DNA of 60,036 nucleotides, filler included, from Platydemus manokwari (Eukaryota): NCBI GenBank assembly GCA_037951405.1. It is 6 parts of 6 records of this genome, joined end to end, with 100 filler letters (N's around TTAATTAATTAA, not from the genome) between each part and the next. Parts side by side here need not be neighbours in the genome. Positions count along the whole stretch, not along the records: positions 1 to 9,025 come from JBBMOY011312650.1; positions 9,126 to 20,649 come from JBBMOY010626658.1; 4 more parts are not named here. One strand, 5' to 3'. Shown piece by piece: positions 1 to 11,579 of this stretch (position 1 is its first letter; each line of letters starts with the position of its first letter). The notes under the pieces were generated by a model. It saw only the letters and a program-made list of their open reading frames with translations, ran no database searches and was not told where the DNA came from. The position numbers and the translations under genes were made by a program.

Positions 1-619
1 ATTTTTATCTTTATTGTTCAGTCATTATTCTTTGTTTATATTTAACTATTCTTAAAATGTGGACTCTTTAACTTTATAAATAAATAAATAATAATAAGAG
101 TTAAACCAATAACATTTATATTATCCAAATTTCATTTTCATTAGATATAAAATGCATCTATGCCTTATTTTTCAAAATTGTAATAAACCTTTCAGCAAAA
201 ACATCTTTTACTTCATTTTTGAAAATATTACTTCTTACTTCAAATTCTTTTTAAAATTAAAATTTGAAATTCGTTGATCTTCTTTAATATTTTTTACTTT
301 TTTAGAGAATGTACCAAAATCAAAAGCAATTAAAATATATATCGGAAACTTTCTAAAGATTTTTTATGCATTACAATTAAATCTGCACTGAATTTTTAAC
401 TTTTATAATTTCACAATTTTGATTTTATGATTAGGAACTTTCTTCATGTACTGGATTTATGCAGTGATCACTTATTATCTTGTCTTTCACTAAACGTAGT
501 AATCCTTGCCCACAAGCAATTGAGTTAAAACCCTATCCAATAACAATGTTTACTTCCATAATTCCTACATTAATAAATATTTCTAATTTTTATTATTCTT
601 ACGATTTATCACAAAATTC

Positions 620-830
620 TCATTGATATTCTTCTTTTCGAATTATCTAAATTTACTGTTTCATTAGAATTATTAATAATTCTATCATATTTTGTAAATG
701 TTGGTGAAAAATAGTTCCAACTCCAGCAAAATTATGTTTATCATTGTTAATTGAATTCTTATTTTTAAATGAAATTTCCCAGAATGACAACCAGTAGAAA
801 ATTTATGCAAAAATCCTTTGATTGTGGAAT
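620..830 (-). pseudogene. Decayed Polinton/adintovirus-type PLA2-like (PLA2X) gene fragment
   Basis: Minus strand with frameshifts reads FLHKFSTGCHSGKFHLK / NKNSINNDKHNFAGVGT ... VNLDN. This resembles the EFHL..N(F/Y)xGPGT...NxLD motif of parvovirus-type PLA2 domains. It is homologous to 5216-5334. Confidence 0.45.
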
Positions 831-2699
831 GGCACTTTCGATTTCTTGTTTTCGTTGAATTATTTTCGGCATTCAGCAACTTTGAATGACCACTCTAATT
901 TTTTTCAAAGTTTTTTAACATAAGATTTTGTTTCTACTCTATTAATACTTAAATTCTAACTTTTATTTGTACTTTTATACAATTCTGATTTCTGATCGAA
1001 ATTTTATTACTCTTATTCCATATATGATATTAAACCATAACATAAAAATAAATATTTAAACAAAATAATATTAAAAATAATATATAAAACAATGTACGAA
1101 GTAGGAAATTGTCATTAATTTAGAATAGATTAGGACGAAAGTATAAACTAGTGAAGTTTGTGAGAAAATGCACTTTGGCCTGACTGGAAAATAATCATTT
1201 GGTGAAAGGATTTTGACCTACTCAAGTTCAAACAAATACCAATTAGTGGAATGGTGTGTTGCGAGGCGATGTAGTATTACAGCGAAGGCAGTAATTTAAG
1301 AAGTCAGTAATTCAGAGAGAAACCAAAAGTTCAGCCAGAAAGTCGTTGAGAAGAAACCTAATTACTGAAAATTATTGATTGTTGAACAAGAAAATTTATT
1401 TTTTCAAGGAAAAAGAAAACATTGCTGAAAAGCAGGTTATTTATTTATTTTATAATAAATTTTTCAATATCTGTAAAACACTTTCCTCGAATATTCCAAC
1501 TTCTATCACAATAAAAAATAACCAGCTTCTCAACAATGTCTTTTTGTTCCTTGATGTTGTTTCTCAGGTATTGGTAAAAGTAAAAATTGGAAATTATGTG
1601 ATATATCGGTATTTACAAGCCGTAACAACATTATTTAACTTTTACCAATTCATAATAAAATAACCAATTTTAAATTATTGATTTATTGATTTAGGATTAT
1701 ATGAGAATTCAAATTCTATACATTCTTGGTATTGATGGTCTTTTAACAAAAAGCTATATATCATGTACAACTAGGTGGTATTAATTTTTGTAGAAAATTA
1801 TTGGTAATTGTATATTGATCTTTTATATCAATTGTAAATAAAGAGTTTAGAACAAGGAAGAGATTTAACAAAATAATATGTAGATTCCTGGATTATATTG
1901 TTATATTTATATGATGTTGTCATGAAGCATTGTATAATCCAAATCATTTGCAAAATGGAAATTGATAATTAAATTGTAAATAATTTTTCATATCGTGTAC
2001 GAGAATGCCGTGAGTGCTAAGCCGGATTTGAGTTAAGTTAGATTCTATTGGTACAGATATTGGTATTATCAACTATAATACAATTGAGATCAATGAAATG
2101 TACAAAATGGTGCACTAACTTACTTATTATCTAGATTTGTTTGATACCAATGAATAAATCATGGATATTGTTTTTTACCTGGGAAATAACGAGACAATGT
2201 ATTTATCAAAAAGAATAAGTAAGTGTTTATTAAGCTTGACTTAAGTTTGTTTTATATCAGTTCTTTTATGCAAATATTTTCCAGAAAATTTGGATACATA
2301 TTAGATAGGAAAAATAAAGAGTACTTTGTCGTTTTATGAGCCTTTTAAAATTGTAATAAACATATATTTATTAAACTTTATTTTTAGTATACTTATTAAA
2401 GTGGAATGATCCGACAAAAGACTTTACCCTTTTATTAAAAGTAAAATTTATAGAACAATGCAGAGGCTGATTCATCATAATCTTTACTCACTGCATCCAA
2501 GACCACTCAATAAGAGATAAATTTCTATTTTCAAGCACGATATGTAGTTACATTTTAGTAAGACAAATTTTCTAAAATTATATTTCAATTCTATGTCGCT
2601 TTAGTAGTTTATATGTGGTTTACGTTGTTGGTGATTTATTTCTTTCCATACCAACCTCATTTCCAATTTTAATGCTTTTAAAGTCTGGGTTTATAAAAT

Positions 2700-2960
2700 T
2701 GATAGAATTTACAATTAATAGAATTAATTAATATAATCGGAAATTATTTGAAAGCGTTTGCGGTTTTGACAACCAAGTCAATATCGTCACGATATGTAAA
2801 GTATAATGTTCGCGAGTTTTCAATGTGGACACACAATTTATTTTGAATTTAATCATGATTTGAAAACAATTGATAAGTATAAAAATAAGGCTGGATTTTC
2901 TAATATGACCTTCAACTAGTTTGAAAACTTTATCCATCAAAGTGACTATCTATGTAAACA
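2700..2960 (-). mobile_element. Penelope-like element reverse transcriptase remnant
   Basis: Minus strand reads SHFDG/KVFKLVEGHIRKSSLIFILINCF (cf. FxFDGxxYxQxxGxxMGSPLSxxLANxF), then YFTYRDDI (catalytic YxDD, about 2781-2803). Frameshifted. Confidence 0.6.
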
Positions 2961-4601
2961 GGTATTTTACAAGTGATTCACTGCATTTGATAAGGTTGGA
3001 TTAGGACAATAATGCAGAAATGCACTAATTAAAATATTGTGTGAATAAAAGTATAAAGAAACAATTTATTGTTCTTGTCTATATATACTAAGCTTGAATA
3101 TCATAAAATAACAGTATCTCGTATTCCGATACTCCATGTTGTGTTAATGTTTTCGTTAAACTGTATTATTAGTACCAAGAAAATCGAAGTGAAAAATAGT
3201 GCAAAGCCGCATCAGTTAAAATATATGTTTATAAATAAAATGCAATTTAGATTTGAAATCTTAAAATAGACTATACGGATGAAATTATAAAATTCATAGC
3301 AGTTATCCTAGATGCTAAGAATACTAGATATGGTATGACATCATTGAAACAATGAGTTAGTGCGACTTTTGTTTCAAGGATATAAAAACATGGAAATAAT
3401 AGTACCGGTATTCAACTTTGAACCAATACAGAAAAAACCACCATCATTACCCACAGCCGTAACAAGTAAACTTACAACCACACGATTTTGATTGTAATTA
3501 AGGAGATGGATGAGGACCATGATATGCAAAAGAAATTGGAGAAAAAGAATAATAAATAAAATTATCACTGAAGTGGTGTTTCGGTTTACCGGTGCTCATT
3601 TAAAGAAAATGGGTACATAATAAAAAAAGAGACAAATAATTAAAGCAAGAAAATGATTATTCAGGATACCTAGACTAATTTCATAACTTGCAAAGATAAC
3701 AATTGTAATCTAACTAGTAACTTTAACAGTAACTAAAAAATGGTAGTTAGCAATTATGGCACTATATAAGCCGACACTACAACGAAAGACTCAAAAATAT
3801 CTAATACTAATAAAATTATGGTACGTAATGTAATTACTGTATTAAAACAAATTTGAAAGTTTTTTATGAAAAAACTATTGAATGATATTAATGATTATTT
3901 CTATTTTAGAATGACCAGTAAACAGTCATATAACTATCCATGTTTTTAAGAGAAAAGTAATGGACAAGAAGAAAACAGTAAAGGCTCGTATCTTGCACGT
4001 TTGAGTCAAACTCTTAGTGAATGTAAGTCAATGAAGGCAGATATGCTCATCTTCAATGCGAGATTTATAATTAAAAACTATTTTAAATTATTATATTAAA
4101 TAAACTATTTAGAATTTTGCAATACACTCAACAAATTTAAAAAATTATTTTAGGGTGATAATAATAATCAATAATAAATAAATAAATAATCAATAAACTG
4201 TGTAAAATTGATGGTTAATTAACTTGTCAAAAAACAATAGTAAACTAATCATCTATTTAAAGATGATTGAGGGATATTATTATATCGAAAATAAAAAGTG
4301 CTTCAATTAATTGAGAAAATGTGAAGATTTTATTATTATTATCAAAGTTTTGTCGCTCATCTTTTAAATAGTTGTGATGAAAATGTGATTAGAAGAGCTG
4401 TTATTTTCGATTTGAAATTGTATGTCAATGAAATAGTTTTGTGAATAATTCTTTGATAAAAGATTAGGTTTATGACATTAACAATAGTTTCGACCTGTGA
4501 ATGACCTGTGATATTTATGAAAAAATTTAGAAAAACTACATTATTTTGTATTATAGTAATGAACACTAGCAAATGAAATGATTTTATCACACAAAACTAC
4601 A

Positions 4602-4790
4602 TTATCTTGGACATGATAATCTACAATCAAATTCTTTGGACTCACACGATATGCAATTGACATCGGTCGAACATTCTTCTTGGCATTTACTCCAGTCAGC
4701 AAAGCATTGATCGAGACATGTATTTTTAGACCAGAATATTGAATAAACAGAATTAATAATAAGGAATAACATAAAATAAATATTCTGCAT
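4602..4790 (-). CDS. Secreted cysteine-rich peptide, paralog A (62 aa, 8 Cys)
   Basis: Intact intronless ATG-TAA ORF. Hydrophobic signal-peptide-like N-terminus (MQNIYFMLFLIINSVYS), then C-x3-C-x6-C-x3-C-x5-C-x2-C-x6-C-x3-C. Frame, length and all Cys are conserved in the paralog at 7282-7470. Confidence 0.85.
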   Translation of the reverse strand: MQNIYFMLFLIINSVYSIFWSKNTCLDQCFADWSKCQEECSTDVNCISCESKEFDCRLSCPR

Positions 4791-4861
4791 GGTCTATTGT
4801 TCACTATTAGATTATGAATCCATATAAGAGTGGGATGATTAAATATAATGATTTGCACGAT

Positions 4862-4869
4862 ATTTGCAT
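4862..4869 (-). promoter_or_regulatory. Octamer motif (ATGCAAAT) upstream of peptide gene A
   Basis: ATTTGCAT lies about 70 bp upstream of the ATG. It is retained upstream of paralog B (7532-7539), and a second copy is at 5019-5026. Function is inferred only. Confidence 0.3.
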
Positions 4870-5215
4870 AAATGTTCTGGTAAATATCAAGATGTGTATT
4901 TGTTCTGAAATATATTTATACGAACAAAGCTATACATTTTAACACTTATATAAATAATTTTAGATTATAAAAGAAAAATTAAGATTTTTGTGAGGACTAA
5001 AGATTTTCAGCACTTGATATTTGCATAATTTTTCACTCAGCAACAAAACTACTTCGCTCAAAACAACAGTTTTTAGATATCTAGTGGTTTATATTATAAT
5101 TTGTTTCATTTTTTGTAATTTTTTTATAATGAATAATTTTTATTGTTAGTTTTTATTGAATATGTTATACGATTTTTACAAAAGTTTAGAATTAATTTGA
5201 TACATTGTATTGTAT

Positions 5216-5334
5216 TGTTTACTTTTGTTTAATGGATTCATACTTTTTAAATGAAATTTTCCCGGATAATAACCAATATTAAATTTATTTAAAAACTGAT
5301 TATTTGTAATTGCTTCTTGTATATCACCTCCGGT
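5216..5334 (-). pseudogene. Polinton/adintovirus-type PLA2-like gene, N-terminal fragment
   Basis: Minus strand reads TGGDIQEAITNNQFLNKFNIGYYPGKFHLKSMNPLTKV. The GGDIQ...FHL segment is the kind that precedes GPGT in these proteins. Truncated at the edge of the 0.9-kb duplication. Confidence 0.5.
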
Positions 5335-5339
5335 TAGTA

Positions 5340-5725
5340 ACAAATAATTTAAAATTCATTGAGGAAAATGGCAAACGATTAATTGAAAAATCAGAAAATT
5401 CTGAAGGATGTGTAATATGTTGTGGAGAAACATTTATGGTTACTTTTTGTTAACATCATGTATGAGAAGAATGTATTAAAAATATAAAGATGATTACTGA
5501 CCTTATTGTAAACAAAATACACATGAAAAAATCCTTATATTATATAAATCAAAAACGTTCTGGATCCATTATTAGAGAATTTCAAGATAAAGTAAATTGG
5601 AAAGTCATTTCAGAACATCAAGATTTTTTGGAAGATTTTTTAGAGAATTTCAAGATAAAGTAGATTGAAAGTTATTTCAGAACACCAAGATTTGTCGGAA
5701 GATTTTATTAGATAATTTCAAGATG
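5340..5725 (+). pseudogene. RING-finger plus tryptophan-repeat protein pseudogene
   Basis: 5409-5509 reads CVICCGETFMVTFC*HHV*EECIKNI/DDY*PYCKQ (C3HC4 spacing with stops and one frameshift). It is followed by about 2.5 units of IREFQDKVNWKVISEHQD. Confidence 0.7.
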
Positions 5726-6142
5726 GGTGGAATGTAAATATCCGATATTTAAATATATGGTAACACAAATTAAATATTTAAAATAGAGCTATACAGAATT
5801 AACCGATCTCAATTTTTATGTAATACAATAATCAATATTAATAGGATTCAGGCTTGAATTTATTTTTTGATACATTAATAGAAAATATTAGAAACCTATT
5901 TATTTATTTTGTGAATATAACTGCACATAAAGATGATTCGAACTTGTACACTTTTTATCATTATGATTGGTTAGATCGACATAATATTAACAGGTAATAG
6001 ACTGCAACAATTAATACTCTTTGTGTGTACCTCTGTTTAAAAACCCTTCCAAAGAGAATTCTCTAGAAAGTGCAGTTCCAACACACGAACAACCGCAACA
6101 CGAAGGAATTCTATATCGTTATCAGATACATTCAGAGAATAT

Positions 6143-6460
6143 TCAGATTATCAAAATTTTTCAGAAGATTTTATTAGAGATTTTTAAGATAAAGTAGATT
6201 GGGAATATATTTCTGAATATCAGGATTTATCAGACACTATTATTAGAGAATTCCAAGATAAAGTAGATTGGGAATATATTTCTGAATATCAAGATTTATC
6301 AGACATTATTATTAGAGAATTCCAAGATAAAGTAGATTGGTATTATATTTCAAAGCTTAAAAATGTATCGGAAGATTTTTTCCGAGAATTTCAAGATAAA
6401 CTAAATTGGAAATATATTTCAAAATATCAAGATTTATTAAAATCCATTGTTAGAGATTTC
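6143..6460 (+). repeat. 69-bp coding tandem repeat (23-aa Trp repeat, about 4.5 units)
   Basis: Consensus unit is about QDLSEDFIREFQDKVDWEYISEY. One in-frame TAA at 6185-6187, then the frame is open 6188-6595. Resembles the 23-aa tryptophan-repeat family of large DNA viruses such as entomopoxviruses. Confidence 0.85.
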
Positions 6461-6954
6461 CGAGAAGATAATCCAACAAAACATTATGCAAAATATCTTA
6501 AGATAATTAATAAACACCTTTTAGAAAAGTGGTTTAGTTTTGGGGAATTTTATAATAACCAAAAGAATAATATTGCGGTTGATGGTAATTTCACTTAAGA
6601 ATCTAAATCTTTTCGAGAGTATGTGGGATATAAAATTTTGAATTTTACTTTTATCTTTCTTGTTCAATATGTTGGTGGAAAAGGAAGTTGTATTGGAAGA
6701 AAATATGGAACTGGTTCCTTGGATAATAACAATGGAACAGAATTTATGTGTCGATAAATGTTATTTTCCTTATTTGAGAAAGAAATGGGAAGTAATGACC
6801 ACAAAACCCAGATTATTAATCAATGAATTTAATGAAAAATCAAAAAATGGAAAGTATTCTATTAAAATGGTAAATTATTCAAGGAATTGGATAAACCATG
6901 TGAAATAAATTTATTTATTGGTAATATATTGCCGTATTATAATATCATTATTGA

Positions 6955-7885
6955 GGAAATATGAAGCGCTCCAATGAATTGAGAAAAAGTAACGATTTCA
7001 TTTCATATTCATCAAAATTTTGTCGTCCATCTTTAAAATAGTTTCGATGAAAATGTGATTAGAAGAGCTGTTATTTTCGATTTGAAATTGCATTTCAATG
7101 AAATAGTTTTGTGAATAATTTTTTGATAAAAGATTAGGTTTATGACATTAACAATAGTTTCATCTGGTAATTAACCTGTAATATTAAAAAGGAAATAATC
7201 GATTTTTATTTCAAACACCAATATTTTGTCTTATAGTAATGAACACTTGCAAATGAAACTAATTTGGCACACAAAACTACATTATCTTGGACATGATAAT
7301 CTACAATTAGATTCTTTGGACTCACACGATGGACAATTGACATCGGTCGAACATTCTTCTATGCATTTATTCCTGATAGCAAAGCATCGATCGAAACATG
7401 CAATTTTAGACCAATGTATTGAATGAACAGAGACAATAACAAAGAATAATAGAAAATAAATCTTCTTCATGGTCTATTGTTCACTATCAGATTATGAATC
7501 ATATATAGGAGTTGGGATATTTAAATACAATATTTGCATAAATGTTCTGGTATATCGGAAGATGTGTATTTGTTCTAAAATATATTTATACGAATAAAGC
7601 TATACACACCAACTTATTAATACTTATATAAATAATTTTAGATTATAAAAAAAAATTGAGATTTTTGTAAGGAATACAGATTTTTAACACTTGATATTTC
7701 CATAAATATTCACTTAGCAACAAACATACTTCGCTCATAACAACATTGTTTAGATGTCTAGTAGTTTATATTAATATTTGTTGCGTTTTTTGTTATCTTT
7801 TTTATAATCAATAATTTTTATTGATAATTTTTATTGAATATGTTATACGATTTTTACAAAAATTTAAAATTTGATATATTGTAAT
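6955..7885. repeat. Local duplication, copy 2
   Basis: Colinear with 4290-5210. Confidence 0.95.
7282..7470 (-). CDS. Secreted cysteine-rich peptide, paralog B (62 aa, 8 Cys)
   Basis: Intact ORF with signal-peptide-like MKKIYFLLFFVIVSVHS and the same 8-Cys framework. 43/62 residues are identical to paralog A. Confidence 0.85.
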   Translation of the reverse strand: MKKIYFLLFFVIVSVHSIHWSKIACFDRCFAIRNKCIEECSTDVNCPSCESKESNCRLSCPR

Positions 7886-8529
7886 ACAAGTTTAAATGAT
7901 TTATTAAAATATTCAGAGAATAAAATCGTTGATTTATTGATTATTCGTAAGTGTAGAAAAGGCACATTTCAATCTTAAAACAAAAACTTTACTTTTCATG
8001 TTTAGGGAAACTGTAAAATATATCTTGGATAAAAATTATGGATCATTCAAAACAATAAGCCAGAAGCCTATGTATATCGACAGTGAATTGACGAGATCAC
8101 AATTACATTACTTTTCCGATATAAAATGAATTTATTTATTAATAAACCATATTTTAATTAGTTATCATGCGGTTCAGGGATTCGAAAGTTACCAGAATAA
8201 CATTCGACATGTAACATACCAGTTGTTGTCATTTTCACAACTGAAAATACAAAAACTGTATTCTTATAAATCATTGATATTTTGGTGTCAAATATTCTGA
8301 TAAATAGATAAAAGATATTAGATGCTTATATACTAATTGTGGTTAACAAAAGAATCTTTGAAATCAACGCACAATCAATATTATAGTCATTTAAATTTAT
8401 GGATAAATTGTATAATCAATGAGTTTATTTATGTTTACTTTGAAGTTATAATTGGAAAGTCTTTTTCAAAAAATGTATAAAATAGCTAAATATTTGGACA
8501 TTATTGATAATAATGTTGGGTAACCATAA

Positions 8530-8892
8530 ACAATAAATAAGATTTGACTCCAACTCGAAAGAAATCACATTTCTCAGTATATTGACCAATACACGAATTA
8601 CAAAATCTCAACCCAAACTTGGCTTTCAAATTGCAGTTTTCCTTGATTAAATCGATTTTTATATTCGCGTTCTGTGTGTATTCTTTGTGTTATGTTGCAT
8701 TATATTTTGATTTGATATTTGTTTTCCTTTATTCATATTGGGTTTTTAAGTATTTACATGAGTGGGATTAGGCGATCCCTATGTGTGTGTTGTTGTGTAG
8801 ATATGACCCTTTATGCAATTGCAGGTCACCAGCCATCCTCACGGTGATTAGCTGATAATTATGACTGTATGTCTGTGTAGGCATGCAAATGC
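8530..8892 (-). mobile_element. Non-LTR (LINE-like) retrotransposon 3' fragment
   Basis: Highly similar to 11580-11945. The family encodes ...LKAQFGLRFCNSCIDQYTDKHIY, a CCHC-knuckle-like ORF2 C-terminus. Confidence 0.6.
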
Positions 8893-9025
8893 TTAACCCT
8901 TTCAATACTGCGGAGATATATAAGTCCCAGAGAATGTTCAAAAATTAATGATGCGAAAAATATTCGCATTAAACTACTGCAGGGACATATGTGTCCCAAG
9001 GCATTTTTTCAAAAAACCATATTTT
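8893..9025. mobile_element. piggyBac-like transposon end inserted at TTAA
   Basis: Terminus TTAA|CCCTTTCAATACTGC with two subterminal repeats (actgcggagatatataagtccca, actgcagggacatatgtgtccca). The homologous LINE copy has an empty TTAA at 11942-11945. Runs into the contig end. Confidence 0.7.
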
Positions 9026-9125
9026 NNNNNNNNNNNNNNNNNNNNNNNNNNNNNNNNNNNNNNNNNNNNTTAATTAATTAANNNNNNNNNNNNNNNNNNN
9101 NNNNNNNNNNNNNNNNNNNNNNNNN
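9026..9125. other. Artificial contig spacer
   Basis: 100 bp: N44-TTAATTAATTAA-N44, with stop codons in all six frames. Confidence 0.98.
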
Positions 9126-11579
9126 AAATTTTAAATATATTGATTAAATATTATTTTATATATTAATTGTTTTGTCTGCATCCCGGATAACAGGAAAGTA
9201 CCCAATATTTTCATTATTTTATATTTTTCACCAGTAATGATTAACAATTTATTCATAACTAAAATTGAGATATTAAACAATTATTTTAATACAACGCCAA
9301 TTTAAAATTACTTCGAAAAATCTGCAACAAATTATAGAAACGAGTTTATTGTCATAATCATTTAGTTCGTTTCATTCATAACCATCAATAATGGATTTGT
9401 TTTCATACAACATAATCCGTTTTGATAGAAGATTTGGATTTCTGTTCATAAAAAACTATATATCTCGAATTCGCCACTTCCAAAGGCTAGCAATCAAAGG
9501 ATTAAAAATAATATTAATTTCTCTCAGACATTTCAAAAATCTTAAATCTTTAATCCAAATTATCTGGTAAATCTCAAAACTTATAAATAGAGATTTCTGT
9601 TGATATTTTTTGAAATTCTCTATTTATATAATTTCTCTGGAAAGAAATTTCCAATGATAATGAAAATAAGACAAACTGAAAATTCTTCTGTCTTATTTGT
9701 TAAACAAAAATGTAGTCAGAATAGTAGATTTAAATTCAATTTTAAAAGGTATTGACATACCAAATAAGGCATTGCATAAATCGTTTTTTAAAATTATTTA
9801 GATATACACATACGCGAAATCGAAAGAAAACTTCATAAATATTTTGTCTAATTATTCGTTGAAATTAAAATTGAGAATTTGGTCTGATGTCTTTCAATAT
9901 AATATTACAATGACAACTGTAGCGACATATAAGGTTTAAACCTGAAATAAGCTATAATTACACACGGAAATGAAATTAAAATGGAAAAATTAAAATATTT
10001 CATTTTGATAATGATATGAATGAACTACACATGCAGCATTTAGCAAGCATCTCCGTCAACCAACAGAAAGTCATAACGAATAAGTAAATCTTATTGAAGT
10101 TCTTTAAAGAATTTGTGTGATGAAGAGATAAAAATATCTGTCATTATATACCAAAAAATAGTATAAATACAATATATCGATTAACCTTGTTGAATTTGAC
10201 ATGTCCGTGAACTAAACTGGTCGTTAAAATCTGACGCAAAAGTCAATTGTGTTTCGAAACATATTTTTAAGCCAATTATGTGCGGAAAGTCAAGTCATAA
10301 ATATTGATTAGTCAAAGAGAAGATAAGATCCTTGTGGGAATTTTATTCACCATTTAGTAGAATATATTAATATATTTTTCTCAGTTTATGCTTGTATATT
10401 ATCTTTATGGCCTTATCAGCGGTGATATTACCTACTAACTAAAACACAAAGAAATAGTTACATTGAACATACAAACCTATTGTATATTTTTGTCCTAAAA
10501 ACAGCTTCAAACGATTCATGTTAACTAAGTTTCATTTATTTCTTTAACAATATAAATAATTATTATATTTACATGAATTTATCATTTGTTTATTATCTCC
10601 CTTTTTACTCATGTAATAAAACTCAAAAATCATTCACCTATCTTAGTACTATCAAGAGAAATATTGGCTAGTTTTTTGATTAATTAATTTCAGATTAATA
10701 ATATCATTTTTCTTTTTCCATCGAGGACTGGTTATTTCAAATATCAAGTAAGTGAATTTTGTAATTTATATTATTGACATGTTATTTATTGAAAGTAGGT
10801 TTTTGATTGAATTATAATTTTTTAATGTTAACAATATTAAATATACTATGTAGTGACAAAACTCATTTGATATTTTTAATTTTATTTAGTTTTACATATT
10901 GATCCGAAATTTGTAATTTTTCCCGCTCTTAGTTTTCTAAAAGATGAACAAATTAAAAAAATTCATTTCATTTCCTGATAGACCATTTAGAAAATCAATA
11001 TTTTCCCCATAGATTCAAGTCATGCTGTTTCAAATATTGTTTAAACATAAACTATCCATCAAAATTATTGCCAGTGATTTTTCTTTCATTTCGCTTAAGA
11101 GCGCTTTAATAAATTATGATAAAATAATTACCAATATACATCTCAATAATTAAACACGATGATGTAATCACGTAAGTAAAATAATAATCATTTTTTATTC
11201 AGTTATTAGAAGCTTTAACGAAAATAAGCCACTAAGGAGTTTTAATTGAAGATGGTAACGAAAATAATTTGAGAGTAATACCATATGAAATCAATGGATT
11301 GATTTTTATTAAGGAAAGCAGAGGAGAAATATAATTTTTAATTATCACTCAACGTTTATTTTTTTATTAAAACTCGAACCGAGATTTTAGCTTAAATTCA
11401 AGAGATTTTAAATGGTTCACTGGAAGAAGTTGAATTTTAAATTATTAAACCAGATTTTGTTTCATTTATATCAATATATTTCGTAATCATCATGCAAACC
11501 TTTTTACAAACGATAGTGAAATGGTTTTAGTCTACTTGTTCGTAAGGTTTTATTTATCTTAATGTTGAGTAATTATAAA

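Larger units (their letters stand above)
4290..5210. repeat. Local duplication, copy 1 (about 0.9 kb, contains a Cys-rich peptide gene)
   Basis: Colinear, same-orientation similarity to about 6955-7885. Shared stretches include gatgaaaatgtgattagaagagctgttattttcgatttgaaattg and ttattgaatatgttatacgatttttacaaaa. Confidence 0.95.

Noticed and set aside
4357-4858. Overlapping ORFs 4357-4590 and 4541-4858
   Set aside because: Alternative frames that are not preserved as ORFs in the duplicate copy, unlike the 62-aa peptide frame.
5463-5500. TGA at two Zn-ligand Cys positions of the RING domain, suggesting UGA recoding (Cys or Sec)
   Set aside because: The same domain also has a TAA and a frameshift, and a nearby Trp codon is also TGA. 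Ordinary pseudogene decay explains it.
6143-6460. Regularly spaced repeats resembling a CRISPR array
   Set aside because: Units are contiguous 69-bp coding repeats with no unique spacers, and the context is eukaryotic with no cas genes.
9070-9081. TTAATTAATTAA motif recurring five times
   Set aside because: It is always centred in an N run, so it is an assembly linker.
10690-11340. Exon-like segments with AG/GTAAGT boundaries
   Set aside because: In-frame stops prevent a consistent model and I recognised no homology.
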